A stretch of DNA of 64,000 bases, from NCBI RefSeq assembly GCF_044647545.1, contig NZ_CP172818.1; one strand, written 5' to 3'. The DNA is from Escherichia coli (GTDB lineage Bacteria; Pseudomonadota; Gammaproteobacteria; Enterobacterales; Enterobacteriaceae). The translations under genes and the position numbers were made by a program. Position 1 is the stretch's first letter. Every line of letters begins with the position of its first letter. Positions 14,151 to 26,319 of this stretch are shown here, piece after piece. The notes beneath the pieces were generated by a model. That model searched no databases. It was not told the DNA's origin and worked only from the letters and a program-made list of their open reading frames with translations.

Positions 14151-15524
14151 ATGTCTGTACAGCAAATCGACTGGGATCTGGCCCTGATCCAGAAATATAA
14201 CTATTCCGGGCCACGATACACCTCGTACCCGACCGCGCTGGAGTTTTCAGAAGACTTCGGCGAACAGGCGTTTTTACAAGCCGTGGCGCGCTATCCTGAG
14301 CGTCCATTATCTCTCTACGTACATATTCCGTTCTGCCATAAGCTTTGTTACTTCTGCGGTTGCAATAAGATAGTTACTCGCCAGCAGCACAAGGCCGATC
14401 AGTATCTGGACGCGCTGGAGCAAGAAATCGTCCATCGTGCACCGCTTTTTGCCGGGCGCAAGGTGAGCCAGCTGCACTGGGGCGGTGGTACGCCGACGTA
14501 TCTGAACAAAGCGCAAATCAGCCGTCTGATGAAGCTGCTGCGCGAAAACTTCCAGTTCAATGCCGATGCGGAGATTTCGATCGAAGTCGATCCGCGCGAA
14601 ATCGAACTGGATGTACTCGATCATTTACGCGCCGAGGGCTTTAATCGCCTGAGCATGGGCGTGCAGGACTTCAACAAAGAAGTGCAACGTCTGGTTAACC
14701 GCGAGCAGGATGAAGAGTTCATCTTTGCACTGCTTAACCATGCGCGTGAGATTGGCTTTACCTCCACCAACATCGACCTGATTTACGGTCTGCCGAAACA
14801 GACGCCGGAAAGTTTTGCCTTTACCCTGAAACGTGTGGCGGAGCTGAACCCCGATCGTCTGAGCGTCTTTAACTACGCGCATTTGCCGACCATTTTTGCT
14901 GCTCAGCGCAAAATCAAAGATGCTGACCTGCCGAGTCCGCAGCAAAAACTCGATATCCTGCAGGAAACCATTGCCTTCCTGACGCAATCGGGCTATCAGT
15001 TTATCGGGATGGATCACTTTGCCCGCCCGGATGACGAGCTGGCGGTGGCCCAGCGTGAAGGCGTGCTGCATCGTAACTTCCAGGGCTACACCACTCAGGG
15101 CGATACCGATCTGCTGGGGATGGGCGTTTCCGCCATCAGTATGATTGGCGACTGCTACGCGCAGAACCAGAAAGAGTTGAAGCACTACTATCAGCAAGTG
15201 GATGAACAAGGCAACGCGCTGTGGCGTGGTATTGCGCTAACGCGTGATGACTGTATTCGCCGCGATGTGATTAAGTCGCTCATCTGCAACTTCCGTCTGG
15301 ATTACGCTCCCATTGAGCAACAGTGGGATTTGCACTTCGCTGATTACTTTGCGGAAGATCTCAAGCTGCTCGCCCCGTTAGCAAAAGATGGGCTGGTGGA
15401 TGTGGATGAGAAGGGGATTCAGGTGACGGCGAAAGGTCGCTTGCTGATCCGCAACATTTGCATGTGCTTTGATACCTATCTGCGCCAGAAAGCGCGGATG
15501 CAGCAGTTCTCACGGGTGATTTAA
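14151..15524 (+). CDS. hemN: Oxygen-independent coproporphyrinogen III dehydrogenase HemN (radical SAM)
   Basis: 457 aa from MSVQQIDWDLALIQKYNYSGPRYTSYPTA, radical-SAM cysteine cluster CHKLCYFCGC. Confidence 0.93.
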   Translation: MSVQQIDWDLALIQKYNYSGPRYTSYPTALEFSEDFGEQAFLQAVARYPERPLSLYVHIPFCHKLCYFCGCNKIVTRQQHKADQYLDALEQEIVHRAPLFAGRKVSQLHWGGGTPTYLNKAQISRLMKLLRENFQFNADAEISIEVDPREIELDVLDHLRAEGFNRLSMGVQDFNKEVQRLVNREQDEEFIFALLNHAREIGFTSTNIDLIYGLPKQTPESFAFTLKRVAELNPDRLSVFNYAHLPTIFAAQRKIKDADLPSPQQKLDILQETIAFLTQSGYQFIGMDHFARPDDELAVAQREGVLHRNFQGYTTQGDTDLLGMGVSAISMIGDCYAQNQKELKHYYQQVDEQGNALWRGIALTRDDCIRRDVIKSLICNFRLDYAPIEQQWDLHFADYFAEDLKLLAPLAKDGLVDVDEKGIQVTAKGRLLIRNICMCFDTYLRQKARMQQFSRVI

Positions 15525-15591
15525 ATAGTGAATGGCGCTTCGTTTACAAAGTAGAAAACGAAAGCGCCATCAATGTGCTGAGAACAAGATT

Positions 15592-15744
15592 GCCTGATGC
15601 GCTGGGCAACAAAACCTGTAGAAATTATTGCTTTTGTAGGCCAGATAAGGCGTTTACGCCGCATCTGGCATCTGAGCATGATGCCTGATGCGACGCTGGT
15701 CGCGTCTTATCAGGCCTACGACTTTCTCCGCATCCGGCATAAAC
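15592..15744. repeat. REP/BIME cluster in the hemN-glnG intergenic region
   Basis: Repeated GCCTGATGCG...CTTATCAGGCCTAC and GGCCAGATAAGGCGTTTACGCCGCATC units. Confidence 0.6.
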
Positions 15745-15752
15745 AACGAGCT

Positions 15753-15863
15753 TCAGCTAAACAGCCCAATCATCGCGGCACACAGCACGGCAGCAACGGC
15801 AGTTTGCGGTGTGTGGCTGTCAACTGCGCCACTCGATACCAGATTAATTATTGATTCCAGCAT
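15753..15863 (-). CDS. yshB: Small membrane protein YshB (36 aa)
   Basis: Minus-strand ORF MLESIINLVSSGAVDSHTPQTAVAAVLCAAMIGLFS between hemN and glnG; a small protein of this name is annotated at this position in K-12 (from memory). Confidence 0.45.
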   Translation of the reverse strand: MLESIINLVSSGAVDSHTPQTAVAAVLCAAMIGLFS

Positions 15864-15974
15864 AATGACTCTCCCCGTTTTCCGGGCAAGATCATACTGA
15901 ACTTATCGGAACAGTAAAGCGCAAAATACCAGCAATTTGCGCTCAATAATCAATCTTTACACACAAGCCGTGAA

Positions 15975-17384
15975 TCACTCCATTCCCAGCTCTTTTAACT
16001 TCCGCGTCAGAGTGTTACGCCCCCAGCCGAGTAGCCGCGCCGCTTCCTGTTTATGCCCCTGCGTATGTCGCAACGCGGTCGTCAGTAACGTCCGCTCCAA
16101 CTCTGGTTGCGCTTCAGACAGCAAGTTTTGATGACCGGAACGTAGCGCCCGATCTGCCCACTGTGCTAACAGCGTTGCCCAACTGTCCGGCTGCATTTGT
16201 GAAGTGCTTTCCGGTACGGTTGATTCAAACAGTTCGCCAGGCAAATCCTGAATCAACACTTCCTGTCCGGCAGCCATTACCGTTAGCCAGCGGCAGGTGT
16301 TTTCCAGCTGGCGCACGTTGCCTGGCCACGCCAGACGCGTCAGAGCGGCTTCAGTTTCCGGATGCAGCAACTTTGCTTCTACGCCCAGCTCGCGAGCAGC
16401 AACTTGTAAAAAATGGTGTGCCAGACGGGGAATATCTTCCCGACGCTCACGCAGCGGCGGCAGATGAACACGGATGACGTTCAGGCGGTGGAACAGATCC
16501 TCACGGAACTTGCCTTCCTGCACCCGCTGTTCGAGATTCTGGTGAGTGGCAGCGATAATCCGCACATCCACTTTCACCGGTGCATAGCCGCCAACGCGAT
16601 AAAACTGACCGTCTGCCAGCACGCGCAGCAAACGCGTCTGCACATCCAGCGGCATATCGCCAATTTCATCGAGAAATAACGTGCCGCCATCGGCTTGTTC
16701 AAAACGCCCCTGACGAATGGTATTCGCGCCGGTAAACGCGCCTTTCTCGTGACCAAACAGTTCTGATTCGATCAAATCCTTCGGGATAGCCGCCATATTG
16801 AGCGCGATAAACGGCGCTTTGGCTCGCGGGCTGTGGCGATGCAGGGCATGAGCGACCAGTTCTTTACCAGTGCCGGATTCGCCGTTGATCAGCACGCTAA
16901 TGGAAGAACGCGAAAGTCGACCGATAATACGGAACACGTCCTGCATGGCTGGCGCTTCGCCGATGATATCGGTCGTTGGGCCGTTAAGCTGAACATTACG
17001 CGGCTGCTGCTGTTCCTGATAATGACTGATGGCGCGCTCAACCAGCGCCACGGCTTCGTCGATATCAAACGGTTTGGGCAGATAATCAAACGCCCCTTGT
17101 TGATAGGCGCTGACGGCAGCATCCAGATCGGAATGTGCGGTCATAATGATGACCGGAAGCATTGGATGGCGCTGTTTAATCTGCTTGAGCAGCGCCAGCC
17201 CGTCCATTCCCGGCATACGGATATCTGAAAGCAGTACATCCGGCGTTTTGCTCGCCAACGCCTCCAGTACTTCCGCGCCGTTCTCAAATGTCGTACAGGT
17301 TAAACCCGCTCCAGCGAGCGCACGTTCAAGCACCCAACGGATGGAACTATCGTCATCGACTACCCAGACTATCCCTCGTTGCAT
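15975..17384 (-). CDS. glnG: Nitrogen regulation response regulator NtrC (sigma-54 activator)
   Basis: 469 aa from [23 protein letters not shown]; receiver domain, AAA+ sigma-54 interaction domain ([14 protein letters not shown]), C-terminal HTH. Confidence 0.96.
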   Translation of the reverse strand: MQRGIVWVVDDDSSIRWVLERALAGAGLTCTTFENGAEVLEALASKTPDVLLSDIRMPGMDGLALLKQIKQRHPMLPVIIMTAHSDLDAAVSAYQQGAFDYLPKPFDIDEAVALVERAISHYQEQQQPRNVQLNGPTTDIIGEAPAMQDVFRIIGRLSRSSISVLINGESGTGKELVAHALHRHSPRAKAPFIALNMAAIPKDLIESELFGHEKGAFTGANTIRQGRFEQADGGTLFLDEIGDMPLDVQTRLLRVLADGQFYRVGGYAPVKVDVRIIAATHQNLEQRVQEGKFREDLFHRLNVIRVHLPPLRERREDIPRLAHHFLQVAARELGVEAKLLHPETEAALTRLAWPGNVRQLENTCRWLTVMAAGQEVLIQDLPGELFESTVPESTSQMQPDSWATLLAQWADRALRSGHQNLLSEAQPELERTLLTTALRHTQGHKQEAARLLGWGRNTLTRKLKELGME

Positions 17385-17395
17385 AAACGTCACCT

Positions 17396-18445
17396 TTATT
17401 TCCTGATAGGCAGGTAAACCGAGAACTCGGTATGACCTGGCCAACTGGTAAATTCAATTTTGCCTGAATGCTGATCAATCAAATTACGGGCGATGGATAA
17501 GCCAAGCCCGGTGCCACCTTCGCGGCCGCTGACCATCGGGTAAAACAGCGTATCCTGCAAATGAGGCGGAATGCCCGGCCCGTTATCTTCCACATCAATC
17601 CGCGCCGCCAGCCGATAGCGCTCGCCGTGCAAGGTCAGTTGAAACGCTGTGCGGGTACGCAGAATGATTTCACCACCCTCCGGCCCCAGCGCCTGTAGCG
17701 CATTGCGCACAATATTCAGCAAGACCTGTTCAATTTGATCCGGGTCGTGCGCCAGTTCCGGCAGGCTGGGATCGTAATCACGAATCAACCGCACGTTGTC
17801 CGGCAGTTCCATCGACACCAGCGTCACCACGCGTTCAGCCACTTTGTGAATACTTTCGGTAACGCGCGTACCGGGCAGCTGCGGCCCCAACAGACGGTCG
17901 ACCAGATTTCGCAGCCGGTCCGCCTGTTCGATAATTACTTTGGTATATTCGAGTAGTGACGGGTCAGGTAATGCCTTGCTGAGTAGCTGCGCCGCACCAC
18001 GTAAACCGCCAAGCGGATTTTTAATCTCATGCGCCAGGCCGCGCACTAAATCACGGGCAGCAACCTGCTGGGCGTGCTGTAGCTGTTCCTGACTTAAGCG
18101 GCGCTGGTTATCCATCGGTGCCATCTCCAGCAGGATCATGCCGTCCGGCATACGCTGGGCCGTCACAGAAAGGATATGCGAACGCCCGTCGATGACCAGC
18201 GTCACTTCGTTATCGGTAAAACCTTGCCCCGCCTCCAGACTTTCTTGCATCAGCTCGATATTTAATGAGAAGTAGCTCAACAGTTCCGGTAACGGTGTAC
18301 CAAACAATTTGCGGGAGCTTTGGGCGAGCAGTTGTTGCGCGGCGGGGTTGGCGTAATGGATCGCCAGGTTGTCATCGATTAACAAAATACTGTTAATCAG
18401 CGAGTTGAGGATCTGCCCAGCATCGGGCTGCGTGCCTGTTGCCAT
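17396..18445 (-). CDS. glnL: Nitrogen regulation sensor histidine kinase NtrB
   Basis: 349 aa, H-box LAHEIKNPL, ATPase region DNGPGI...GTGLGL. Confidence 0.96.
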
Positions 18446-18534
18446 AAAGCAGTCTCCTGAACAGGTTGCACCATTTTAGTGCATTATAGCTTTTTACGGA
18501 TAAAAAGCGCGAAGCATCAGAGAATTGACGGAGA

Positions 18535-18560
18535 AAAAAGCCCATGCAGAGATGGGCTGA
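18535..18560 (-). terminator. Rho-independent terminator downstream of glnA
   Basis: Minus strand reads AGCCCATCTCTGCATGGGCTTTTTTC. Confidence 0.55.
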
Positions 18561-18583
18561 AGTTTCCCGAACAACTTCAACTA

Positions 18584-19993
18584 TTAGACGCTGTAGTACA
18601 GCTCAAACTCTACCGGATGCGGAGTCATACGCACACGGTCATCTTCTTCGCGACGCAGAGCGATGTACGCATCGATCGCTTCATCAGTGAACACGCCACC
18701 GGCTTTCAGGAACTCGCGGTCCAGATCCAGTTCGTTCAGTGCTTCTTCCAGAGAACCAGCAACCTGTGGGATCTCTTTCGCTTCTTCCGGCGGCAGGTCA
18801 TACAGGTTTTTGTCCATCGCTTCGCCCGGATGGATCTTGTTCTTGATACCGTCAAGACCGGCCATCAGCAGGGCAGCAAAGCACAGGTACGGGTTAGCCG
18901 CCGGGTCCGGGAAACGTACTTCGATACGACGTGCTTTCGGAGAAGAAACCACCGGAATACGGATAGACGCAGAACGGTTACGCGCAGAGTAAGCCAGCAT
19001 TACCGGTGCTTCGTAGCCCGGGACCAGACGCTTATAAGAGTTGGTGGTCGGGTTTGCCAGGGCGTTAATTGCTTTCGCGTGTTTGATTACGCCGCCAATG
19101 TAGTACAGCGCCTGTTCAGACAGACCTGCGTATTTGTCGCCAGCAAACAGGTTAACGCCGTTTTTAGACAGCGACATGTGGCAGTGCATACCGGAACCGT
19201 TATCACCGAACATCGGTTTTGGCATAAAGGTCGCAGTTTTACCGAAGCGGTGCGCTACGTTGTGCACAACATATTTGTAGATCTGAATTTCGTCAGCTTT
19301 TTTGGTCATGGTATTGAAGCGGGTAGCCACTTCGTTCTGACCAGCAGTCGCTACTTCGTGGTGATGGGCTTCAACCACCAGACCCATCTGTTCCATCACC
19401 AGACACATTTCAGAACGAATATCCTGAGCCGAGTCTACCGGTGGAACCGGGAAGTAACCGCCTTTCACTGCCGGACGGTGACCTTTGTTACCACCTTCGT
19501 ATTGGGTGGAGGAGTTCCATGCGCCTTCGATATCGTCGATAGCAACGTGGGAACCGGAGATAGATGATCCGAAACGGATGTCATCGAACAGGAAGAATTC
19601 AGGTTCTGGCCCGAACAGTACGGTGTCGGCAATGCCAGTGGAACGCAGGTAATCTTCGGCGCGCTTCGCAATGGAGCGCGGGTCACGGTCATAGCCTTGC
19701 AGGGTGCCAGGTTCAAGGATGTCGCAACGGATAATCAGGGTGGAGTCGGCGAAGAACGGGTCAATCACTGCGGTGGATGCGTCTGGCATCAGCACCATGT
19801 CGGATTCGTTAATGCCTTTCCAGCCGCCAATCGAGGAGCCGTCAAACATTTTGCCTTCTTCGAAGAATTCAGCATTCACCTGATGAGCAGGGATAGTGAC
19901 GTGCTGTTCTTTACCTTTGGTATCGGTGAAGCGCAAATCAACAAACTTCACTTCGTGCTCGTTCAGCATCGTCAGTACGTGTTCAGCGGACAT
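18584..19993 (-). CDS. glnA: Glutamine synthetase
   Basis: 469 aa [42 protein letters not shown]..., adenylylation-site region NLYDLP. Confidence 0.97.
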
Positions 19994-20059
19994 ACTTTAA
20001 CTCTCCTGGATTGGTCATGGTCGTCGTGGTAACGAAATCTGCAATTATTTTGGCCGTGT

Positions 20060-20220
20060 CGCCGTAAAAAAGATAAAGCGAAAACTGTGCCAACTTTTAA
20101 ATTGCCCCTAAAAGGCGTTATCATGCTTAACATCGTGCAAAAGGGCTGCACCATGATGTGAATGTTGCACCAATATAGTGCTTCAATGGAAACATTAAGC
20201 ACCATATTGGTGCAATGGCC
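20060..20220 (-). promoter_or_regulatory. glnAp2 sigma-54 promoter with upstream NtrC binding sites
   Basis: Minus strand TTGGCACAGTTTTCGCTTTATC (GG/GC -24/-12 elements) at ~20076-20093; NtrC-type palindromes GCACCATATTGGTGCA and TGCACCA...TTGCACCA at ~20147-20217. Confidence 0.75.
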
Positions 20221-20365
20221 TTTGGATAACCCTTTTTATGCTCCGTGAAAGCGATCACAAAGGGACTCTGCAATACTTGTTTGCGGAGGATGTTTGTGAT
20301 CCTGTTTTGTAGTGCGATTAATCCGTGTACAATAACGCGCTATTTCTAATGCCTGAGGCAAAGTT

Positions 20366-22189
20366 GTGATCGAAAAATTGCGTAATATCGCCATCATCGC
20401 GCACGTAGACCATGGTAAAACCACCCTGGTAGACAAGCTGCTCCAACAATCCGGTACGTTCGACTCTCGTGCCGAAACCCAAGAGCGCGTGATGGACTCC
20501 AACGATTTGGAGAAAGAGCGTGGGATTACCATCCTCGCGAAAAACACCGCTATCAAATGGAATGATTACCGTATCAACATCGTTGATACCCCGGGGCACG
20601 CCGACTTCGGTGGTGAAGTTGAACGTGTAATGTCCATGGTAGACTCAGTGCTGCTGGTGGTTGACGCATTTGACGGCCCGATGCCGCAAACGCGCTTCGT
20701 AACCAAAAAAGCGTTTGCTTACGGCCTGAAGCCGATTGTTGTTATCAACAAAGTTGACCGCCCTGGCGCGCGTCCTGATTGGGTTGTGGATCAGGTATTC
20801 GATCTGTTCGTTAACCTCGACGCGACCGACGAGCAGCTGGACTTCCCGATCGTTTACGCTTCTGCGCTGAATGGTATCGCGGGTCTGGACCACGAAGATA
20901 TGGCGGAAGACATGACCCCGCTGTATCAGGCGATTGTTGACCACGTTCCTGCGCCGGACGTTGACCTTGACGGTCCGTTCCAGATGCAGATTTCTCAGCT
21001 CGATTACAACAGCTATGTTGGCGTTATCGGCATTGGCCGCATCAAGCGCGGTAAAGTGAAGCCGAACCAACAGGTTACTATCATCGATAGCGAAGGCAAA
21101 ACCCGCAACGCGAAAGTCGGTAAAGTGCTGGGCCACCTCGGTCTGGAACGTATCGAAACCGATCTGGCGGAAGCTGGCGATATCGTGGCGATCACGGGTC
21201 TTGGCGAACTGAACATTTCTGACACCGTTTGCGACACGCAAAACGTTGAAGCGCTGCCGGCACTCTCCGTTGATGAGCCGACCGTTTCTATGTTCTTCTG
21301 CGTTAACACCTCGCCGTTCTGCGGTAAAGAAGGTAAGTTCGTAACGTCTCGTCAGATCCTGGATCGTCTGAACAAAGAACTGGTACACAACGTTGCGCTG
21401 CGCGTAGAAGAAACCGAAGACGCCGATGCGTTCCGCGTTTCTGGTCGTGGCGAACTGCACCTGTCTGTTCTTATCGAAAACATGCGTCGTGAAGGTTTCG
21501 AACTGGCGGTATCCCGTCCGAAAGTAATCTTCCGTGAAATCGACGGTCGTAAACAAGAGCCGTATGAAAACGTGACGCTGGACGTTGAAGAACAGCATCA
21601 GGGTTCTGTGATGCAGGCGCTGGGCGAACGTAAAGGCGACCTGAAAAACATGAATCCAGACGGTAAAGGCCGCGTACGTCTCGACTACGTGATCCCAAGC
21701 CGTGGTCTGATTGGCTTCCGTTCTGAGTTCATGACCATGACTTCCGGTACTGGTCTGCTGTACTCCACCTTCAGCCACTACGACGACGTACGTCCGGGCG
21801 AAGTGGGTCAGCGTCAGAACGGTGTACTGATCTCTAACGGTCAGGGTAAAGCGGTCGCGTTCGCGCTGTTCGGTCTGCAGGATCGCGGTAAGCTGTTCCT
21901 CGGTCACGGTGCAGAAGTTTACGAAGGTCAGATTATCGGTATTCATAGCCGCTCTAACGACCTGACTGTAAACTGCCTGACCGGTAAGAAACTGACCAAC
22001 ATGCGTGCTTCCGGTACTGACGAAGCCGTTGTTCTGGTTCCGCCTATCCGCATGACTCTGGAACAAGCTCTGGAGTTCATCGATGATGACGAACTGGTAG
22101 AAGTGACTCCGACCTCTATCCGTATTCGTAAACGTCACCTGACGGAAAACGATCGTCGTCGCGCCAACCGCGCACCGAAAGACGATTAA
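20366..22189 (+). CDS. typA: Translational GTPase TypA/BipA
   Basis: 607 aa, G-domain motifs AHVDHGKTT and DTPGH, EF-G-like domains. Confidence 0.96.
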   Translation: MIEKLRNIAIIAHVDHGKTTLVDKLLQQSGTFDSRAETQERVMDSNDLEKERGITILAKNTAIKWNDYRINIVDTPGHADFGGEVERVMSMVDSVLLVVDAFDGPMPQTRFVTKKAFAYGLKPIVVINKVDRPGARPDWVVDQVFDLFVNLDATDEQLDFPIVYASALNGIAGLDHEDMAEDMTPLYQAIVDHVPAPDVDLDGPFQMQISQLDYNSYVGVIGIGRIKRGKVKPNQQVTIIDSEGKTRNAKVGKVLGHLGLERIETDLAEAGDIVAITGLGELNISDTVCDTQNVEALPALSVDEPTVSMFFCVNTSPFCGKEGKFVTSRQILDRLNKELVHNVALRVEETEDADAFRVSGRGELHLSVLIENMRREGFELAVSRPKVIFREIDGRKQEPYENVTLDVEEQHQGSVMQALGERKGDLKNMNPDGKGRVRLDYVIPSRGLIGFRSEFMTMTSGTGLLYSTFSHYDDVRPGEVGQRQNGVLISNGQGKAVAFALFGLQDRGKLFLGHGAEVYEGQIIGIHSRSNDLTVNCLTGKKLTNMRASGTDEAVVLVPPIRMTLEQALEFIDDDELVEVTPTSIRIRKRHLTENDRRRANRAPKDD

Positions 22190-22206
22190 TTTCGTTTTTT
22201 AGTTAT

Positions 22207-22239
22207 AAAAAACCTGCCATCGCTGGCAGGTTTTTTTTT
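22207..22239 (+). terminator. Rho-independent terminator downstream of typA
   Basis: AAAAAACCTGCCATCGCTGGCAGG followed by TTTTTTTTT. Confidence 0.7.
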
Positions 22240-22405
22240 GCCTGTCGTGAGCGCACACCAATGCGAGTATCTCCCTTATAAGTCTGTGGTTACGTCAATA
22301 GAGAGCTTTGTCACAATTATCTGCAAAGTCATACGCCGTTAATTGCTTTCTTTTTTGGCGTAAGCGTAAGATGCTTCATCTGGTTTAAACCAAAAGGATT
22401 AAACA

Positions 22406-23115
22406 ATGGCGGAGAATCAATCCACCGTAGAAAATGCAAAAGAGAAACTGGATCGGTGGTTGAAAGATGGCATCACCACGCCGGGTGGAAAACTCCCTTC
22501 AGAAAGAGAGCTGGGAGAACTGCTGGGCATTAAACGTATGACGCTGCGCCAGGCGTTGTTGAACCTCGAGGCAGAATCCAAAATCTTCCGTAAGGATTGT
22601 AGGGGTGGTTCGTGACCCAGCCGCGATTTAATTACAGTCCGGAGCTGTCAGCGAGCTTTCAGCGGGCCGCAATTGAGCAAGGACGAGAGCCTTCCTGGGG
22701 GTTTACCGAGAAAAACCGTACCAGCGATATTCCCGAGACGCTCGCGCCACTGATCGCAGTGACACCATCAACTGAACTCTATCGCATCACCGGCTGGGGG
22801 GCGCTGGAAGGACATAAAGTTTTCTATCACGAAACATATATTAATCCTGAAGTTGCTCCGGGCTTTATTGAACAACTTGAAAACCACTCATTTTCTGCAG
22901 TCTGGGAAAAGTGCTACCAAAAAGAGACGGTAGTAAAAAAATTGATTTTCAAACCCGTCAGAATGCCGGGCGATATCAGCAAGTATCTTGGCGGTTCTGC
23001 GGGTATGCCAGCGATCTTAATTGAAAAGCATCGCGCCGACCAGCAAGGCAATATTGTCCAAATAGATATTGAATATTGGCGATTTGAGGCCGTAGACCTC
23101 ATCATTAATCTGTAG
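22406..23115 (+). pseudogene. yihL: GntR-family regulator YihL, split by an apparent 1 bp deletion near 22601-22610
   Basis: ORFs 22406..22615 (69 aa, winged HTH) and 22612..23115 (167 aa) lie in different frames; combined length equals the 236 aa expected for intact YihL. Confidence 0.7.
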
Positions 23116-23122
23116 GTGTTTT

Positions 23123-24103
23123 ATGGTGACAATAAATAACGCAAGAAAGATTCTACAACGTGTCGACACTCTTCCTCTTTATTTACATGCTTATGCCTTT
23201 CATTTAAATATGCGGCTGGAAAGAGTGTTGCCTGCTGATTTACTTGATATCGCAAGTGAAAATAATCTACGTGGCGTCAAAATCCATGTTCTCGATGGCG
23301 AGCGTTTTTCTCTTGGTAATATGGACGATAAAGAACTCTCTGCCTTTGGGGATAAAGCCCGCCGTCTGAACCTTGATATTCATATTGAAACCAGCGCCTC
23401 AGATAAGGCATCTATTGACGAAGCCGTCGCCATCGCGTTGAAAACTGGGGCATCGTCCGTACGTTTTTATCCACGTTATGAAGGTAATTTGCGCGACGTA
23501 TTATCGATTATCGCTAACGACATTGCCTATGTACGGGAAACGTATCAGGACAGCGGCCTGACTTTTACGATCGAGCAGCATGAAGATTTAAAAAGTCATG
23601 AGCTGGTGTCGCTGGTCAAAGAAAGTGAGATGGAATCTCTTTCCTTACTGTTTGATTTTGCGAACATGATCAATGCAAATGAGCATCCCATCGACGCTTT
23701 AAAAACGATGGCACCGCATATTACCCAGGTCCATATCAAAGATGCCTTGATCGTTAAAGAACCGGGTGGCCTGGGTCATAAAGCCTGTATTTCAGGTCAG
23801 GGTGATATGCCGTTCAAAGCGTTATTAACGCACCTTATCTGCCTGGGTGATGATGAGCCGCAGGTGACGGCATATGGCCTGGAAGAAGAGGTTGATTACT
23901 ATGCGCCGGCGTTCCGCTTTGAAGACGAAGATGATAATCCGTGGATCCCTTATCGCCAGATGAGTGAAACACCATTGCCAGAAAATCATTTACTGGATGC
24001 GCGGTTACGTAAAGAAAAAGAAGATGCAATTAATCAGATAAATCATGTGCGTAACGTACTACAACAAATCAAACAAGAGGCAAACCATCTTCTGAACCAC
24101 TAA
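23123..24103 (+). CDS. yihM: Sugar phosphate isomerase/epimerase (xylose isomerase-like TIM barrel) YihM
   Basis: 326 aa ORF; synteny yihL-yihM-yihN. Confidence 0.85.
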   Translation: MVTINNARKILQRVDTLPLYLHAYAFHLNMRLERVLPADLLDIASENNLRGVKIHVLDGERFSLGNMDDKELSAFGDKARRLNLDIHIETSASDKASIDEAVAIALKTGASSVRFYPRYEGNLRDVLSIIANDIAYVRETYQDSGLTFTIEQHEDLKSHELVSLVKESEMESLSLLFDFANMINANEHPIDALKTMAPHITQVHIKDALIVKEPGGLGHKACISGQGDMPFKALLTHLICLGDDEPQVTAYGLEEEVDYYAPAFRFEDEDDNPWIPYRQMSETPLPENHLLDARLRKEKEDAINQINHVRNVLQQIKQEANHLLNH

Positions 24104-24204
24104 TAAGTTTTAACTCATACGCAGTTAATAAAACCATTCCATATGAATGGTCGGTATCTTATTGCCTTTAAAACAGTGATTTTAAAAATCGCTTAGGGGA
24201 TGTT

Positions 24205-25470
24205 ATGCTCACGAAAAAGAAATGGGCGTTATTTAGTCTATTAACACTGTGTGGCGGTACAATTTATAAATTACCGTCGCTGAAAGATGCGTTTTATATC
24301 CCGATGCAGGAATATTTCCATTTGACCAATGGTCAAATTGGTAATGCTATGTCGGTAAACTCATTTGTCACCACAGTGGGCTTTTTTCTGTCTATTTATT
24401 TTGCCGATAAACTACCGCGCAGATACACCATGTCATTCTCACTCATTGCGACAGGATTACTGGGTGTTTATTTGACGACAATGCCGGGGTATTGGGGCAT
24501 CCTCTTTGTCTGGGCGCTATTTGGCGTTACTTGCGACATGATGAACTGGCCGGTCTTGCTCAAGTCGGTAAGTCGATTGGGCAATAGCGAACAACAAGGT
24601 CGGTTGTTTGGCTTCTTCGAAACAGGGCGTGGCATTGTCGATACCGTGGTGGCATTTTCTGCGTTGGCAGTATTTACCTGGTTTGGCAGTGGCTTATTAG
24701 GTTTTAAAGCAGGCATCTGGTTCTATTCCCTTATTGTGATTGCCGTAGGCATTATTATTTTCTTTGTCCTGAATGACAAAGAAGAGGCACCGTCCGTTGA
24801 GGTGAAAAAAGAAGACGGAGCATCGAAAAACACCAGTATGACCTCGGTGCTGAAAGACAAAACTATCTGGCTTATCGCTTTTAACGTCTTCTTCGTTTAC
24901 GCGGTTTACTGTGGCCTGACATTCTTCATTCCATTCCTGAAAAACATCTATCTATTGCCCGTTGCGCTGGTGGGGGCTTACGGCATCATTAACCAATACT
25001 GTCTGAAAATGATTGGTGGACCGATTGGTGGCATGATTTCAGATAAGATCCTGAAATCGCCAAGTAAATATCTATGCTACACCTTTATCATTAGTACCGC
25101 TGCGCTCGTACTGTTGATTATGCTGCCGCACGAAAGTATGCCGGTCTATTTAGGGATGGCATGTACGCTGGGCTTTGGCGCGATAGTCTTTACACAGCGA
25201 GCCGTATTTTTTGCACCTATCGGCGAAGCAAAAATTGCTGAAAATAAAACAGGTGCGGCGATGGCGTTGGGTAGCTTTATTGGTTACGCTCCGGCGATGT
25301 TCTGCTTCAGTCTGTATGGCTACATTCTGGATTTAAATCCGGGGATTATTGGCTACAAAATCGTGTTTGGCATTATGGCCTGCTTCGCATTCAGTGGTGC
25401 GGTGGTTTCCGTAATGCTGGTTAAGCGTATTAGCCAACGTAAGAAAGAGATGCTGGCGGCTGAAGCTTAA
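24205..25470 (+). CDS. yihN: MFS transporter YihN
   Basis: 421 aa ORF with ~12 hydrophobic segments. Confidence 0.85.
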   Translation: MLTKKKWALFSLLTLCGGTIYKLPSLKDAFYIPMQEYFHLTNGQIGNAMSVNSFVTTVGFFLSIYFADKLPRRYTMSFSLIATGLLGVYLTTMPGYWGILFVWALFGVTCDMMNWPVLLKSVSRLGNSEQQGRLFGFFETGRGIVDTVVAFSALAVFTWFGSGLLGFKAGIWFYSLIVIAVGIIIFFVLNDKEEAPSVEVKKEDGASKNTSMTSVLKDKTIWLIAFNVFFVYAVYCGLTFFIPFLKNIYLLPVALVGAYGIINQYCLKMIGGPIGGMISDKILKSPSKYLCYTFIISTAALVLLIMLPHESMPVYLGMACTLGFGAIVFTQRAVFFAPIGEAKIAENKTGAAMALGSFIGYAPAMFCFSLYGYILDLNPGIIGYKIVFGIMACFAFSGAVVSVMLVKRISQRKKEMLAAEA

Positions 25471-25475
25471 TTAAT

Positions 25476-25553
<78 letters not shown>

Positions 25554-25560
25554 TTTCACA

Positions 25561-26253
25561 TCAGAAGAAATACTTCGTCCCGATACGAATCTGGTTTTGC
25601 TCGCGGTGGTACGGTTCGACATTACGATCTAACCAGCGCAATTCAATATAGGGCAACCAGTGCTCATTAATGCGATAACGGAAGGTGTTAGTGATTTCCC
25701 AGTGATGCTTCGTACCATTGCTGCTATTGAAATCATTAATGTTATAAAAATAATGCGGTTCAAAGGTATATGAGAACTTATCGGTAATAATAAAGTTCCA
25801 GTAGTTGCCAATCTCGTAGCTGTCATTATTATCCAGATCACCGTTCAAATCGGTTGAGCTGTAGTTATTATGGTTAAAACGATTACGTACCGTCAGGTTA
25901 AACCATGGAGTAAATTTGTAGTTAACATCCAGATAAACAGCACCACCCGAACCGATACTCTTATCATTAATTAAGCCACCGGGCTGGATGGTTAATTTAT
26001 CGGTTGGTTTGAATAACGGATACCAACCTTCGATTTCGTTATATCCATGTTTGAGTTCATCTTCTCGCTGAAAGGTGTAGGTATTGGTTAACATAATACC
26101 CGCGCCCATATCGAAGTTATAACCCACACGTAGCATAACCTCGCCCTGATCGGAGGCGAGATTATATGCCTCCCTGTTTTCGACGTATGCGCCAGCAAAT
26201 ACCGAGGCAGAGGTCAGAGAGGATAATAGAATTATTGCATTAATCTTTTTCAT
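25561..26253 (-). CDS. ompL: Outer membrane porin OmpL
   Basis: 230 aa from MKKINAIILLSSLTSASVFA (signal peptide) ending in C-terminal Phe (..KYFF), beta-barrel-like composition. Confidence 0.85.
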   Translation of the reverse strand: MKKINAIILLSSLTSASVFAGAYVENREAYNLASDQGEVMLRVGYNFDMGAGIMLTNTYTFQREDELKHGYNEIEGWYPLFKPTDKLTIQPGGLINDKSIGSGGAVYLDVNYKFTPWFNLTVRNRFNHNNYSSTDLNGDLDNNDSYEIGNYWNFIITDKFSYTFEPHYFYNINDFNSSNGTKHHWEITNTFRYRINEHWLPYIELRWLDRNVEPYHREQNQIRIGTKYFF

Positions 26254-26319
26254 AATAAGTCCATTTTTAAACGTAGGGAGGCCGCCACCCACCAGGATGG
26301 AAATAGCGGCTATTGACAT

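Noticed and set aside
18479-19567. Long antisense ORFs inside known genes (e.g. 18479..19567 plus within glnA; 20645..22138 minus within typA; 46175..47206 and 47486..48250 plus within fdoG; 33477..34202 plus within yihS; 29458..30189 plus within yihQ; 63012..63377 minus within rhaR)
   Set aside because: Each lies entirely opposite a well-supported conserved gene; such shadow ORFs are common in GC-balanced coding DNA and show no independent signals.
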